Source: Basidiobolus meristosporus CBS 931.73 (lineage: Eukaryota; Fungi; Basidiobolomycota). From it: DNA of 51,612 bases. The stretch's first letter is position 1. Every line of letters starts with the position of its first letter. Under the pieces are notes generated by a model. It saw nothing but the letters and a program-made list of their open reading frames with translations, did no database searches and was not told where the DNA came from. Shown in pieces: positions 11,350 to 23,951 of this stretch. The position numbers were made by a program, and so were the translations under genes. The stretch is from positions 1-51,612 of the forward strand of contig MCFE01000628.1 of assembly GCA_002104905.1 (NCBI GenBank), written 5' to 3'.

Positions 11350-12161
11350 CTAAGAAAAATAATTTGGTCCTGTGAGTGGATCCAATCCAGATTGGCTGTC
11401 AAGATCCTGCAATGGGGCTGTAATAACACTTGCAGCTTTAGATTATTGACCCCCTCACACTTATTTGACAAGATTATGATGGTGTCTTGCTGAGTCTACT
11501 GCTCAGTAGGTAAATAAACGTAATGGTGTTTAAATGCTCCTATGACAGGATTTCATTGGTATCCTTATGGCTCAATAGTGGCCTACACCTATTTGAGAAG
11601 ACCCAACTGGCCAGTACATCAGATTGCTATACATGGAAGAGAACTTGACAGTATTTTCATGGCCTTGATTCAAAACATCTTTTGGCATTATAATGCAGTA
11701 CAACAGCCCATAGCTGGCACTGTATACTGCTAGCATACCAATCTACCAAATGGTGTTTCCTTTTGCTACCTCCCCTTGTACCATTCATATATACCACTGT
11801 ATACTCATTCCAATGTATCTGCTTACCCACTACTACTATGTGCACTTCACAAATATTTTGAAAACAAAACTTTGGCCTCCTGCTTACTAACATCTACATA
11901 TGTGCACACCTGCCACAGTTGACTAACTTCTATCACCTCAACTTTATGGCTTTTCAGTGTGATACTTTTGAGTTTGCCATAAACCTTGTATTGCTGGTAG
12001 CATATACATCATGCTAACATATGCTTGATTGCTACCACCATTGCCACAAAAACCTCTTGAATATCTGTAAAAGACTTTTTGGTACTTGGCCAATATATTC
12101 CTTTGCCCTGCAGGTTGTAGTCCCCCTTGTAGATACACTCAGGTGCTTTTTTAGTAGAAGT
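11350..12161 (-). mobile_element. 3' part of the CACTA-like element, homologous to 34660-35480
   Basis: Reverse-complement blocks match, e.g. CCAATCTACCAAATGGTGTTTCC..CTACCTCCCCTTGT vs 35050-35092 and TTTGGTCCTGTG.GTGGATCCAATCCAG vs 35441-35470. Confidence 0.7.
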
Positions 12162-12715
12162 TGTGGGTTATTACCATCTCTACTTGGTAGTTGAGAGAGC
12201 TTGTAGGTCAAGTCAGTACTGCTTGGCTCAGAATAGCTTCTAATAGAAGGTAGTAAGGTAATAAAGACATGTGTTCATTATGTCCAAAAAACCCTGCCAT
12301 TACAATCTTGACTCAATCAGATTTATATATCTCACTGGAAGGGACTTAGGTTATAGACAGTATGCTTTAAATAGGTGTGTGAACACCTTTATGTTATGGT
12401 AAGTGTCTCAACTGTTGTTAAGATTTGTAATTCCACCTAAATAGTCACCTACCTTAGTCAGCTCATTACCTTCAAATCCTGGGGAGTACTGACCAAATTC
12501 CTTGTTGGGATTTACTTGAAGTATTTTCACCATAATACCAGGTACCCAGAACATGAAAATTCTCAAAGTTGTCCAAACAGCCCCAAGCTTTGCACACATG
12601 TTCTCAGGACCTTGCTTAGCCTATTCTATGTCTTTATTATGCCAAGTACATGTAAAAGTATAAGTACTTCTTCTACATTCAATAGATCACTGAGTGAAAG
12701 CCATGTAGTCTACTT

Positions 12716-13085
12716 TGTGGGATATTACTGACTGTACTTGGTAAGTGGGATAGCTTGTAGGTCAAGTCAGTATCACTTGGTTCAGAATAGCTTCCAATAG
12801 AAGGTAGCAAGGTAATAAAGACTTGTGTTTATTCCATCTAAATCCCCTTCACTTGGTTCAATTGGGTACATATATATATCACTTGGGGGTGCGTAGATAA
12901 TAGACAATGTGTTATAAAATAGGGGTGTGAACACCTTCCTGTTATGGTAAGTGCTCTAACTAGATAAGGGCAGGGATAGGAGGGAGGGCATGTAGTGGAA
13001 CCATAGGGAGGATACTGGGGGACTTTGGGTAGGACTCTGGGGAGAACTCTTGGGCAAAGAGTGGGTAAGGCATTTAGTACTCACA
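12716..13085 (-). repeat. Solo LTR of Ty3 family B inside the A4 5' LTR
   Basis: TGTGGG...ACTCACA is the reverse complement of the B1 LTR. Perfect TSD TACTT (12711-12715 / 13086-13090). Confidence 0.9.
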
Positions 13086-13164
13086 TACTTGTCCTCCCAG
13101 ATCACTTCCAATATCTCCAAGACTCTTATAACAGGTTATGAGCCCCAAGCTGTGACTATCTGCA

Positions 13165-14249
13165 ATGTCTACTACTACTATTACTGGAATTTTTCCCTCT
13201 GCTGTAAAGTTGGATGGATCTAACTACCAAGTGTGGAAGGTTGAGATAAAGATGCTGCAACAAGAAAGAGGCCTTTGAGATATTGTCATGGGAGAGGAAT
13301 ACCCTCCTAAAAACATGGGAGAGGAAGACTTAAGGCACCAGAAGGAAGAACAAAGTGGCTTTAACTGCATTTGCCTTAATGTTGAAGACAAATTGCAAAT
13401 TCAATGTTCAAAAGCAAAAACGGCAAAGAATGCCTGGAAGGCATTAGAAGACACCTACCAGTCATGTTCAGCTGCTAAGAAACGTTATCTTAGACAAAAA
13501 GTCTTTGCTATAAAGATGCTGCAAGGAGATGAAATGAAAATTCTAATTAACAGAATTACCCTGCTAATGGATGAGATTGAATCTGTGGGCATTCCAGCCA
13601 TGGATGAGGATATGAGAATAACCATCCTGAGTTGCCTGACAGACAAGTTTCAGGGCCTTATATCAGCCCTAGAGTCCAGAACTGAACATTTGACCTTAAA
13701 TTGCATATAAGGAAGGCCCCTGGATGAGGAATTAAGAAAATCAGGCACCAATAAGAAGGAAGAAGAAAGTGCTCTAATAGGCAGTAATAACCAACAAAGA
13801 AGGTATCCATATCCTTACAAAGGCAACAGCAACCTGTTTTGCAACTACTGCAAAAGAAAAGGACTCACATCAGACTGGTGTCTCAAAAAGAGTGATAATC
13901 AGCAAAGATGACTAAATATGGAAATATTGCAACAACTGAAGACAGTCTATTCATATCTGCACTATATTTGCCCACAAACAGAGATTCTTAGATGTGGTAC
14001 ATTGAATTTGGAGCATCTCAACACTCTACAAACCAAAAAGTACTTTTACCCAATACCAAGAAGTTCCAATCAAGAAGATTTCATAGGTAACAATAGAACA
14101 CTTGATGCAGTGGGAGACAGAATTATCCAAGTAAACCTTAGAAGCAGTGAAGGGAGCCATACACTCACCTTTAAAGAAGTACTCTATGTACCAGAAATAG
14201 CCAAGAACCTGCTCTCTGTAAGGAAGGCTACAGCAGAAGGACTCAGCTT
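13165..14249 (+). pseudogene. gag: A4 gag-protease remnant
   Basis: ORFs 13288-13710 and 13918-14265 match A1 Gag and PR (AKNAWKALEDTYQSC; EVLYVPEIAKNLLS). Confidence 0.85.
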
Positions 14250-17200
14250 TGTGGGTTATAACTGACTGTACTTGGTGAGTGGGAGAGCTTGTAGGTCAAG
14301 TCAGTTGCAAATGTTGTTGGGGCTTGTCCTTGTTATGGTCAATGTGATGGTGGGGGACCTTTTCAAGAGGGTGTTCACATGGTTGGCAGTCACCCATTGT
14401 TGATAACAAGTTTTTGCTTCTTCCACGATGTATTGTAGCTCTTCCATAGAAGCTGTGGTGCAATTGAGGCACTTTTGCACTCTCCTCATGGTCTCTACCA
14501 AGTCCACAGTGGTTTACTTGGCTTCTTGGAGTTGGACTGTGTACTGGTTCCTGAGTTGTCCTATGGTAAACCACCGTAATAGTTGTAACACAGCAACTTG
14601 GTAGATCACATGGGTTAACTGGCTGGTGTATTTAATCCATTTGTATATCTTCCCTAGGATGGTTCCTTCTTGGAAATGCGGTTCAAGATGTTTGCAAATT
14701 TCTTGGAGAAGTCCCTTGATTGGGAGTTCTACTTTGAGTGCTCTTGCGGCTTGTACCAAGTCTGTGTATACCTCAACAACCGTGGTACCTATTAATAACA
14801 AGTATGCAACAAAACAGGGGGGCGCTCAAGGTCTTGTGAGGGTGCAACAGTTGATTCCTTGCATCTTCTGTCTGACTGTGTCCAGTGAGATACCGGAATC
14901 AGTGCAGCATCCTTCTCATTAATGATCAAGGAACCTCCTCTCAGGTGGTACATGGTCTTCTTGTGTAGTGTCTCCTTACTTTGTATTGGCATGGGTAACT
15001 TGTCTTGTCCCTCTCTGATTGTGCCTTGAATCAACATTACTGCTCTGGCAAACAACCATTCATAGGTGGCTCTTGTGGCACGTAATATTTGTACCATATC
15101 TCTGAACACTTGCAGGTTGGTCTTGTTTTTGATATCATCTTGGTTATTGCTGGTGGGAGGGGTATCACCAGTTTTGGGTGAACTGTTTCCTTTGGTGCTT
15201 TCCATATGCATTCTTTTGTTCTCCCTTTTGGGCAAACTTCCATGCACATATCATTTGTACCTATAGAGACAAAATTTTCCTCTAATAAACTTTGTATGTA
15301 TCCTATGTCTTCATCTATCCTTGTCCTAATAGTTGTTTAATAACACTTTGATTTCAGATGGGCTGGCGCTACATTGCTGATTGTCTTATTGTTCAGGGTG
15401 ATGGTGAACTTTGGCCAGTAGTCTAAACTATAACCATGCAAGGGCCAATCCATTGGGGTGTAAATAGTGGGCAAAACTTGAGGCCTGCAACAGTTTGGTT
15501 GTACCACACTTAATTGCGTGGTTTCCACACTTGTCCCATTAGTTTCTCATTTTTGGGTGGAGGGGGAAGGTGCTTGTCAACATTTTTGAATACTTTGATG
15601 TATAGGTGGGCAATACAGTGTACCAACCTTTCTACATAGATATTATGTGTTGTTAAGGGGACACCATCAATTGTCAATCCAGCTTATTCACACCACTTGG
15701 GCCTTTGTCCATACAGAACTTTGTACAGGGAGAGACCTGTTGTCTTATTTGGTATTGTACACATTGCTAGGAGTGTCAGTGGGAGTAGCTTGGCCCATGA
15801 CTGCGGAAGTTCCCAGCAAAGCTTCTCTAGTATGCAGCAACATGTCTGGTTCATCCTCTTGGTTAATCCATCGGTCTAGGGATGATACACGGCCGTAAAG
15901 ACCTGTTTCATGCCCATCATTTTGCACAAATGGGCCAAGGTACTGTTCAGGAAGGAACCACTATTGTTGGACAGGAGTATCAGAGGATATCTGTGCCGGC
16001 AGATGAGGTGTTCTAGAATGAATTGGGCGGTTGTCTTCTGATCTTTATTTCAAGTGGCTTGGGCTTCTATCCACTTTGAGAAATAACTGGTAGTAATTGA
16101 TGTATTGTTCTCCTTTCTTTGTTTTCATGAAGGGGCCAACAGAGCCAATCCCTGAAGAGTGGAAGTGTAGGTCAAGCGGTATTGGTGTGGTTGTCCCTAT
16201 TATCTGACTCCAGTTAAATATTTCACATGTGGAGCATCTTTGTAATATAATCATGACTTTGATCATCATTTTTTCCAGTAAAATGTCTTTCTTAACATCT
16301 TATATGCTGTTAGGGGGTTAGTGTGTACTAATGACCTATGTCTTTCTTGTATGATTTCTTTGCAGGCATTTACCAGGGGTACTTTAGCGCTGGGCTGTCC
16401 TTGGAGGAACCATAATTGGTCTTCTTGTACTTTGTACTGACACCATTTACTTGAAAAGTCTTGCTTCTGCTTGTTTGTAACAATGTGTTGGGGGTAATTC
16501 CCTTGTCTTTTAAAGCAGATTACATCCTTGTAGTCATTGCTGACATGTACTTGGCAAACAGGATAGCAGCTGAGGAGGTCTGCATCCTGGTGTGTCTTGC
16601 CAGTGCAATGAATTATTTTGAAGTTGTATTCTTGTAGTTGGAGGGCCCAATGTGCTAGTTGACTTGTAAAGTCTTTAGTTTTCATCAGCCAGACAAGTGT
16701 ACTGTGGTCCATTACTATTGTGAATTGGTGACCATGTTTGTATGTATGGAATTGTTTAATTGAATAAACAACAGCCAGACATTTTGTCTTAGTAACAGGG
16801 AAGTAATGTTTGTGTTTGCTTTGCAAACAGCTCATGTAACCAATTGGGTGGAATCTGCCAGGTTGGTGGTATTGTCCCAGCAAAGCACCTATACTGGTGA
16901 GACTTCCTTCACAATTAATAAAAAATCCGGCATCCCAATTGCAAAAATGTAACACAGGCTGTGATGCCAAGGAATGTTTCAGCTGATTGAATGCTCTCTT
17001 TTGAGGCTGCTCCAACCACACAAAACACTAGCCTTTTGTGTCAATTTGTACATGGGGGCTGCTATTGTTGCAAAGTTCTTGACAAAGTGGCAATAGTAGA
17101 CAGCTAATCCTGGGAATCCCAAAACTACATTGATATCCTTTGGTGTAGGTGTATCATGCATGGCTTTTAGGAGTAAAGTAGATGGGTATATCCCATCTGG

Positions 17201-20081
17201 CAAGATCTTGTGGCCCAGGAACAACAATAGTGTATACAGGAAATGGCACTTTTTGGGATGAAGTTTGAATTGGCTCTTGAGGAGGGCTCTCAGGATATGT
17301 TGCACATTGTGTATATGTTCTTCTACATTGGGGAAATATATGGTGATGTCATCCAGATACACAAGAGCACATCCCATTGTAAATTTTCTAGCACCTTATT
17401 GATCATTCTTTGGAAAGTAGCAGGAGCATTGTAGAAGCCAAAGGGTAGTTAATTCCATTTGTATAATCCAAACAATGTTATATAAGCAGCTTTGGGTTGA
17501 TCTTCCAGGGCTACTTCTACTTGCCAATACCTGGAAATTAAGTCAAGAGAGCTAAAATATTTATCTCCAATTAATCTGTCCAAGAGCTTGTTTATCTGCA
17601 GTAGTGAATACACATCCTTTCAGGTGATGGCATTCAATTTTTGGTAGTTGATGCAAAAATGTTGCTTTCTATCTTTCTTTGGGACTATCACTACAGGGGA
17701 GGCCCAAGGAGACTGGCTCTCTGTATTGATGTTTTCATTTAATAGTGTTTTGATTGTCTCTTTGATATAGTTTGTGTCAATTTTTGAGTTCCTATAGGCT
17801 TTTTGCTTGATGGGATATTTGTCAGTAAGGTGGATTTGGTGATATACCCCAGGTATATGACCAATTACTTGGTTCTTAGAGAATACTCAGGCAAGCAGGT
17901 GTATTCCTTCTAAGAGCTTTTCTTGTAATATAGGTGGCAGACTGGGGTCCACATCTAGTTCAGGGAGTTCTTCTTCTGGTTCCTTATTTTAGGTGGTCCT
18001 TGGTTGTTTCTGACAACTTCCTCTAGGTTTAACAATGGCACTCCTCTTGGCAATGTCACCATGTGTTGCCTGTTGTTAACCACTAAGCACTACAGACTTT
18101 GGGTTTCAAATTTTGGTGGTATCCATACTTTAGGGATCAAGATTCCTTCCAGTTGTATGGATGCTTTTGTTGTGGCTATCATTCTTCTGCTTCTCAAATA
18201 AGCTATTGGTGTCTTTAATGGGATCACTGTCTCACTGGAGGGTGGTATTTTTATCACCTTTTATGTGATGATTGGAGACTGCAACAGTTTCACCTCTTTG
18301 ATTGTCACACTGTTGCAACATACCTTGCTCTCATTGGTGATATGAATCAGTAGGATACTCTTGGTATCCCACCTGAGTTCAGATGCACTGTAGAGTATGA
18401 CCATCTTATGTTGGATAAACCAACTCTTGCCAATGAGTAAGTCATTGGCTGAGACAAGTAGAACCTCAACATGTTGGTGTTTAATCAAGTTGCCTAGCCA
18501 GATGGGGAAATTAGGCACCACTCCTACTGTTGTGTCCAGCTGGTCATTTGCTAGCTGTACCCAAATGGTGTTGTTGGGGACTAAATCTAACTTGAGATGT
18601 TTTGCTAATGACTCTGACATGATCAATGTAGAGGATCCTGCGTAAATAAGGGCAGGAATCTCCATATTCTCTATACGTATCTTTACATATGTACCTTTAT
18701 TTGGTTTTTGTAGGACCATCTGGTTGACATGAAGGGTTGTTATCTCCTTCATTCCCTCTATCAGTTCCTTGACTAGAGCTTGGCCAAGTCCCAGTAAATT
18801 GGTTGTTGGGAAGGTTGCCTTGGTTTGCTCTAGTGCCTTCATTACGGGGAATAAGCTGTGGGAAGATGTACAAGTGTTCTTTGTTTGCTTCAACACCTCT
18901 TCCCAAGGCTCATTCTATACCTCTTCACCAAGTTCTGCGTACTTTCCTTTTGACAGAACCTCTACTCCAGGTTCCTTTGCCTCCTCTCTAGAAGCATCAT
19001 GTTAACGCTTCTTCTTCCGCACTTCAACTGTTCTGACCAGAGGGCTTAGATTGACTGAGTCCTGTTGGCCTCCTGGCAAGGGACTCTGTCTTTTGATGCC
19101 TTCTCTTTTGTGTCCGGAGCAGGTTCTTGTCCATACCGTTTTTTACATTTGTAGGCTCAGTGGCCTAATTCTTCACATACATAACACAGGTACTGTTGTT
19201 GCGGTTGTTCCATCCGTTGGGTCAGGGCTTGCACCAGGGCCTCTAGATCTACAACAGCTTCCCAGAGTTTATCACCTTCTTTGAGGACTTCTTGGACATT
19301 GTTGATTGAGAGTTCTTGGACCTTTTGCCATAATTCCTCTAACTCATGGTCTTGTGGGGAGGCAATTTTTTCTTTCTTATAGGGGATCCCTGTCCTTCAA
19401 CTCAACTGTTGTAAAGATTTGTAATCCCACCTAAATAGTCACCTAACTTAGTCAGCTCATTACCTTCAAATCCTGGGGAGTACTGACCAAATTCCTTGTT
19501 GAGATTTACTTGAAGTATTTTCACCATAATACCAGGTACCCAGAAAATGAAAATTCTCAAAGTTGTCCAAACAGCCCCAAGCTTTGCACACATGTTCTCA
19601 GGACCTTGCTTAGCCTATTCTATGTCTTTGTTATGCCAAGTACATGTAAAAGTATAAGTACTTCTTCTACATTTAATAGATCACTGAGTGAAAGCCATGT
19701 AGTCTACTTTGTGGGATATTACTGACTGTACTTGGTGAGTAGGAGAGCTTGTAGGTCAAGTAGTACCACTTGGTTCAAAATAGCTTCTGAAAGAAGGTAG
19801 CAAGGTAATAAAGACTTGTGTTTATTCAGTCCAAATCTCTTTGTTCCCTCACTTGGTTCAATTGGATATATATATCACTTGGGGGGACTTAGATAATAGA
19901 CAATGTGTTTGAAAATAGAGGTGTGAACACCTTCCTGTTATGGTAAGTGCTCTAACTAGATAAGGGCAGGAATTGGAGGGAGGATGCGTGGGGGAATCAT
20001 AGGGAGTATACTGCGGGACTTTGGGTAGGACTCTGGGGGGAACTTTTGGGCAAAGAGTGGGTACTACATTTAGTACTCACA
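14250..20081 (-). mobile_element. Ty3 element B2, degenerate. 5' LTR 19710-20081, 3' LTR truncated to 14250-14304, PBS and gag 5' part replaced by foreign DNA
   Basis: TSD AGCTT (14245-14249) / AGCTC (20082-20086) in A4 pol. ORF3, IN, RH, RT, PR and gag C-terminal remnants colinear with B1 (ORFs 14514-14801, 16266-17021, 16979-17377, 18261-18896). Confidence 0.88.
19401..19736 (+). repeat. Recent duplicate of 12407-12742 (A4 LTR segment with both of its junctions)
   Basis: About 7 differences in about 303 nt. Includes the flanking CTCAAC, a private 4-nt deletion and the TACTT/B-LTR junction. Confidence 0.9.
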
Positions 20082-22455
20082 AGCTCCAGCTTTGATAATT
20101 CTGGATGCAGGATCACTGAGCAAAATGGTGCCCATATTGATTTGGGTATCAGTGATCAGAATCTATAAAAGTTGGTTTATATTCCAGCATACTTGGGAGC
20201 CAATATAAGTACCTTATATGAAGAAGCACCAATGCTTTGGCACAGGAGATTTGGGCATATCAATTTTGATCATTTGCGCAGAATGACCTAGGATCAGCTA
20301 ATTTCCAGAGTAAAAATTGCTCCCCCAGCTAAGTAGAAGCACAGTTAAGCTTGCATATATGGGAAACAAGCCAGACAACTGTTAAAGAGCTCTGGGTGGA
20401 TCAAAACTAAGAAAAAATTAGATCTAATTCACTCAGAACTGTTTACCTATACAAAATTTATCCTTAGGCAGGAGGAAGTATCAAATCACGTTTATTAATG
20501 ATTATTCAAGATACACATGAGTCTACTTCATGGAGAGAAAGGAAGAAGCTTTTTCTAGGCTCAGGGAGCTTAAAGCCATGGTGGAGTGAGACACTGGTGA
20601 AAAAATTCAAGAAAATATGCTCTGGTAATGGTGGAGAATATAACTCAAAACTCTTAATCCACTTCTGCAAGATTCATGGGATAAAGCAAGAGACTACTGT
20701 ACCATACTCCCCACAGCAAAATGGAGTAGCAGAATGTGCAAACAAATCAATCATTGACATGGCAAGATCTATGATCTATGATCAAAAATTATCTTATGAT
20801 TTTTGGGTGGAATCAGTTGCCACAGCTGTATATCTTAAAAATAGGAGTTATAACAGAATACTTTGTGATTCTACTCCATTTGAAGCATGGAATGGATACA
20901 GACCAAGTGCAGAACATCTAACAATAATTGGGTGCACAGCATATGCTAAGAAACTGTCTGGAAATAAGTCAAAATTTGAGCCAAAAAGTGTTAAATGCAT
21001 ATTTTTGGGCTACTGAAATGGGAGTAAAGCATACAGACTCTACAATACCAAAGCAAAGAAGCTAATCAAGACCAGGATGTGTTGTGCGGTGAAAATTCAT
21101 TACTTTCACAAAGAATGACATCAGATGATGACAACAATCCGATCTCAAGTCCACCAATTGTCAGAATTGAATCAGAGCAAAACAAAGAAATTTTTTCACT
21201 TCAGGGGACTTTCCAACTGTGGTTTATTGTGAATCAGCGCCCAGGAATATCTCAGAAGTGATCATTCCAGTATGAAATGCCTGGAGATCCAACTGGACAA
21301 GAAATAGCCTAAATTACTACATCAATGCAGGTACAAACTTAGCCTATGCCTATTCAGTCCATACTGATGAGCCCCAGATTGTAAAAGAGGCCCTAAATAG
21401 TCCTCAGACAGAGTTTTGGAGATCTTCAATGACTGAGGAATATCAGGCTCTGATGCAAAACCAAACTTGGGACTTAGTCAACTTACCAATTAACCAATGA
21501 TCAATTGGATGCAGATGGGTCTTTGAGACAACATATAAGGCTGATGGTACACTTGAAAGATACAAAGTAAGACTTGTGGCCAAAGAATACTCTCAAACAA
21601 AAGAACTTGACTATATTGAGACCTTTGCACCAGTAGCCAAGTTTAGTTGCGTCAGATTGACATTGGCCATTACAGCCAAATATAAGTTTTTTTAATTATC
21701 ACATGGATGTAAAAACTGCATTTTTGAATAGAGAACTTGATGAGGACTTGTATATGGACAAGCCTGATGGGTTTGTTGACCAGGATAACCCCCATTAGGT
21801 CTGCAAGCTTAAAAAATCTCTATATTGCCTCATGCATTGACCAAGTGCCTGGAATTGCAAGATAGATTCTTATTTTGAATCTTTGAGTTTCAAGAGGAGC
21901 AATGCTAAAATGAGCATATACTTTAAGCCAGACTGAGCAAATCCAGCTCTTCTAACACTATAGGTGGATGATCTTATTATAGCCACCAATAACCTAGAAA
22001 CATTGGAAGAGACTAAATCCAGCCTATCTAAAAAGCTCAGGATGTCTAATCTAGGAGAACTCAGTTACCACTTAGGGATTTAGCTCTTAAAGTAACCAAC
22101 TGTAGCACTTTCTACCACAGAGGCAAAGTATATGGCAGCCAGTGAAGCTATAAAAGAAGCTATGTGGCTAAGAAAGCTTTTTACTGATTCAGGCCTATGT
22201 CAAAAAATGCCTACCATTTTATCTCAAGAAAATCAAGGATATATACAAATAGGCAAAAATCCAACTTTTCATGCTAGAACCAAGCACATAGATATCAGAT
22301 ATCATTTCATATGTGAAGCTATAGAGAATAGCTTGGTTAGCTTAGTTTACTGTCCTTTAGATGAAATGATTGCTGACATATTTACCAAACCATTATCTAG
22401 AGACAAGTTTGAATATCATTGGTCAAAATTAGGACTAGTCAGTTTGAGTATTTAG
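20082..22455 (+). pseudogene. pol: A4 IN-RT-RNase H remnant with an about 490-nt internal deletion near 22085
   Basis: ORFs 20498-21016 and 22132-22455 match A1. Sequence jumps from CTTAGGGATT to AACCAACTGTAGCAC. Confidence 0.85.
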
Positions 22456-22647
22456 CTGAGTGGAAGTGTTTTAAAAATTTGTAATTCCACCTAAATAATC
22501 ACCTAGCTTAGTCACTTATATCATTACCTTCAAATCCTAGGCAATACTGACCAAATTCCTTGTTGGGATTTACTCAGAATATATACCCAGAACATGAAAA
22601 TTAATAAGTTGTTCAAACAGCCCCAAAATTTGCACAAATGTTCTTGG

Positions 22648-23037
22648 TATGAGTACTCAATGTAGTACCCACTCTTTGCCCAAGAGTTCTCCCAAGAGTT
22701 CCCTCCAGAGTCCTACCCAAAGTCCTCCAGTACCCTCCCTATGATTCCCCCACACGTCCTCCCCTCCTATCCCTGCCCTTATCTAGTAAGAACACTTACC
22801 ATAACAGGAAGGTGTTCACACCCCTATTTTATAACACATTGTCTATTGTCTAAGCCCCCCCCCCAAGTGATATATATATCTACCCAATTGAACCAGGAAG
22901 AACAACGAGATTTGGACAAAATAAACAGAAGTCTTTATTACCTTGCTACCTTCTTTCGGAAGCTATTCTGAACCAAGTGGTACTGACTTGACCTACAAGC
23001 TCTCCCACTCACCAAGTACAGTCAGTAATAACCCACA
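22648..23037 (+). repeat. B1 5' LTR (390 bp)
   Basis: TA/TGTGAG...CCCACA. Direct repeat of 29038-29425. Contains an ATATATAT TATA-like run. Confidence 0.95.
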
Positions 23038-23041
23038 TATT

Positions 23042-23055
23042 TGGTGCTGTCTCTG
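23042..23055 (+). promoter_or_regulatory. Putative primer-binding site of B1
   Basis: TGGTGCTGTCTCTG starts 4 nt after the LTR; TGG is complementary to tRNA CCA. Cognate tRNA not identified. Confidence 0.55.
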
Positions 23056-23078
23056 CGGAAATAAGCACAAGAGAGGTA

Positions 23079-23951
23079 ATGACTACTACAATCAAACTAA
23101 AAACATACAAGGGAAAGAGAGAGAAAGCCCTTGAGTGGTTCGATAAGTTTGAGAGAGTTGCGGTTGATGCAGGATGGGACGACGATAAGAAAGTAAGAGA
23201 GTTCGCAAGACATATGGAAGGGTCAGCATGGCGATGGCATTATGGGTTGGAAGACGCAGTCAAAGACAACTGGGATGCACTAGAAGAAGCCTACAAGACA
23301 CGCTTTCTATATGCCAAAGGATACCACTACGAAGCCCTTCTACTGTCCTTGCGGAAGAAAAGCAGTGAAAGCTATGAAGCCTACACTGAACTGTTTCTCC
23401 AACAAGTTCGATGTCTCCCGAAGGACGAAATCGCCAAACGACAGCTCATGAGGTATTACATCATGGGCTTAGATGACAAAATAAGACGTAGGGCGTCCAA
23501 AGAACAACAGGGATGTAAAACGTTGCAAGAGTTGGTCAAACAAGTACAAGGGGTCATCTTGCTATGGGGGCTACCCTATAGTGATACGAATGATTGAAGG
23601 ACAGGGATCCCCTGTAAGAAAGGAAAAATTGCCTCCCCAAAAGACCGTGAGTTAGAGGAATTACGGCGAAAGGTCCAAGAACTCTTGATCAACAATGTCC
23701 AAGAAGTCCCCAAAGAAGGTGATAAACTCTGGGAAGCTGTCGTAGATCTAAAGGCCCAGGTTCAAGTCCTGACCCAACAGATGGAACGACCGCGACAACA
23801 GTATCCGTGTTATGTGTGTGGAGAAGTAGGTCACCGGGCCCATGAATGTGAAAAACGGTACGGAAGAGAAGCCGTACCGGACACAAAAGAGAAGAAGGCG
23901 TCAAAAGACAGAGTCCCTTGCCAGGAGGCCAACGGGACTCAGTCAATCTAA
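23079..23951 (+). CDS. gag: B1 Gag with CCHC zinc knuckle, one in-frame TGA at 23595
   Basis: ORFs 23079-23597 and 23685-23951 share a frame with no other stop. Retrotransposon Gag pattern (WFDKFERVA...W...K...F) and CYVCGEVGHRAHEC. Confidence 0.85.
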
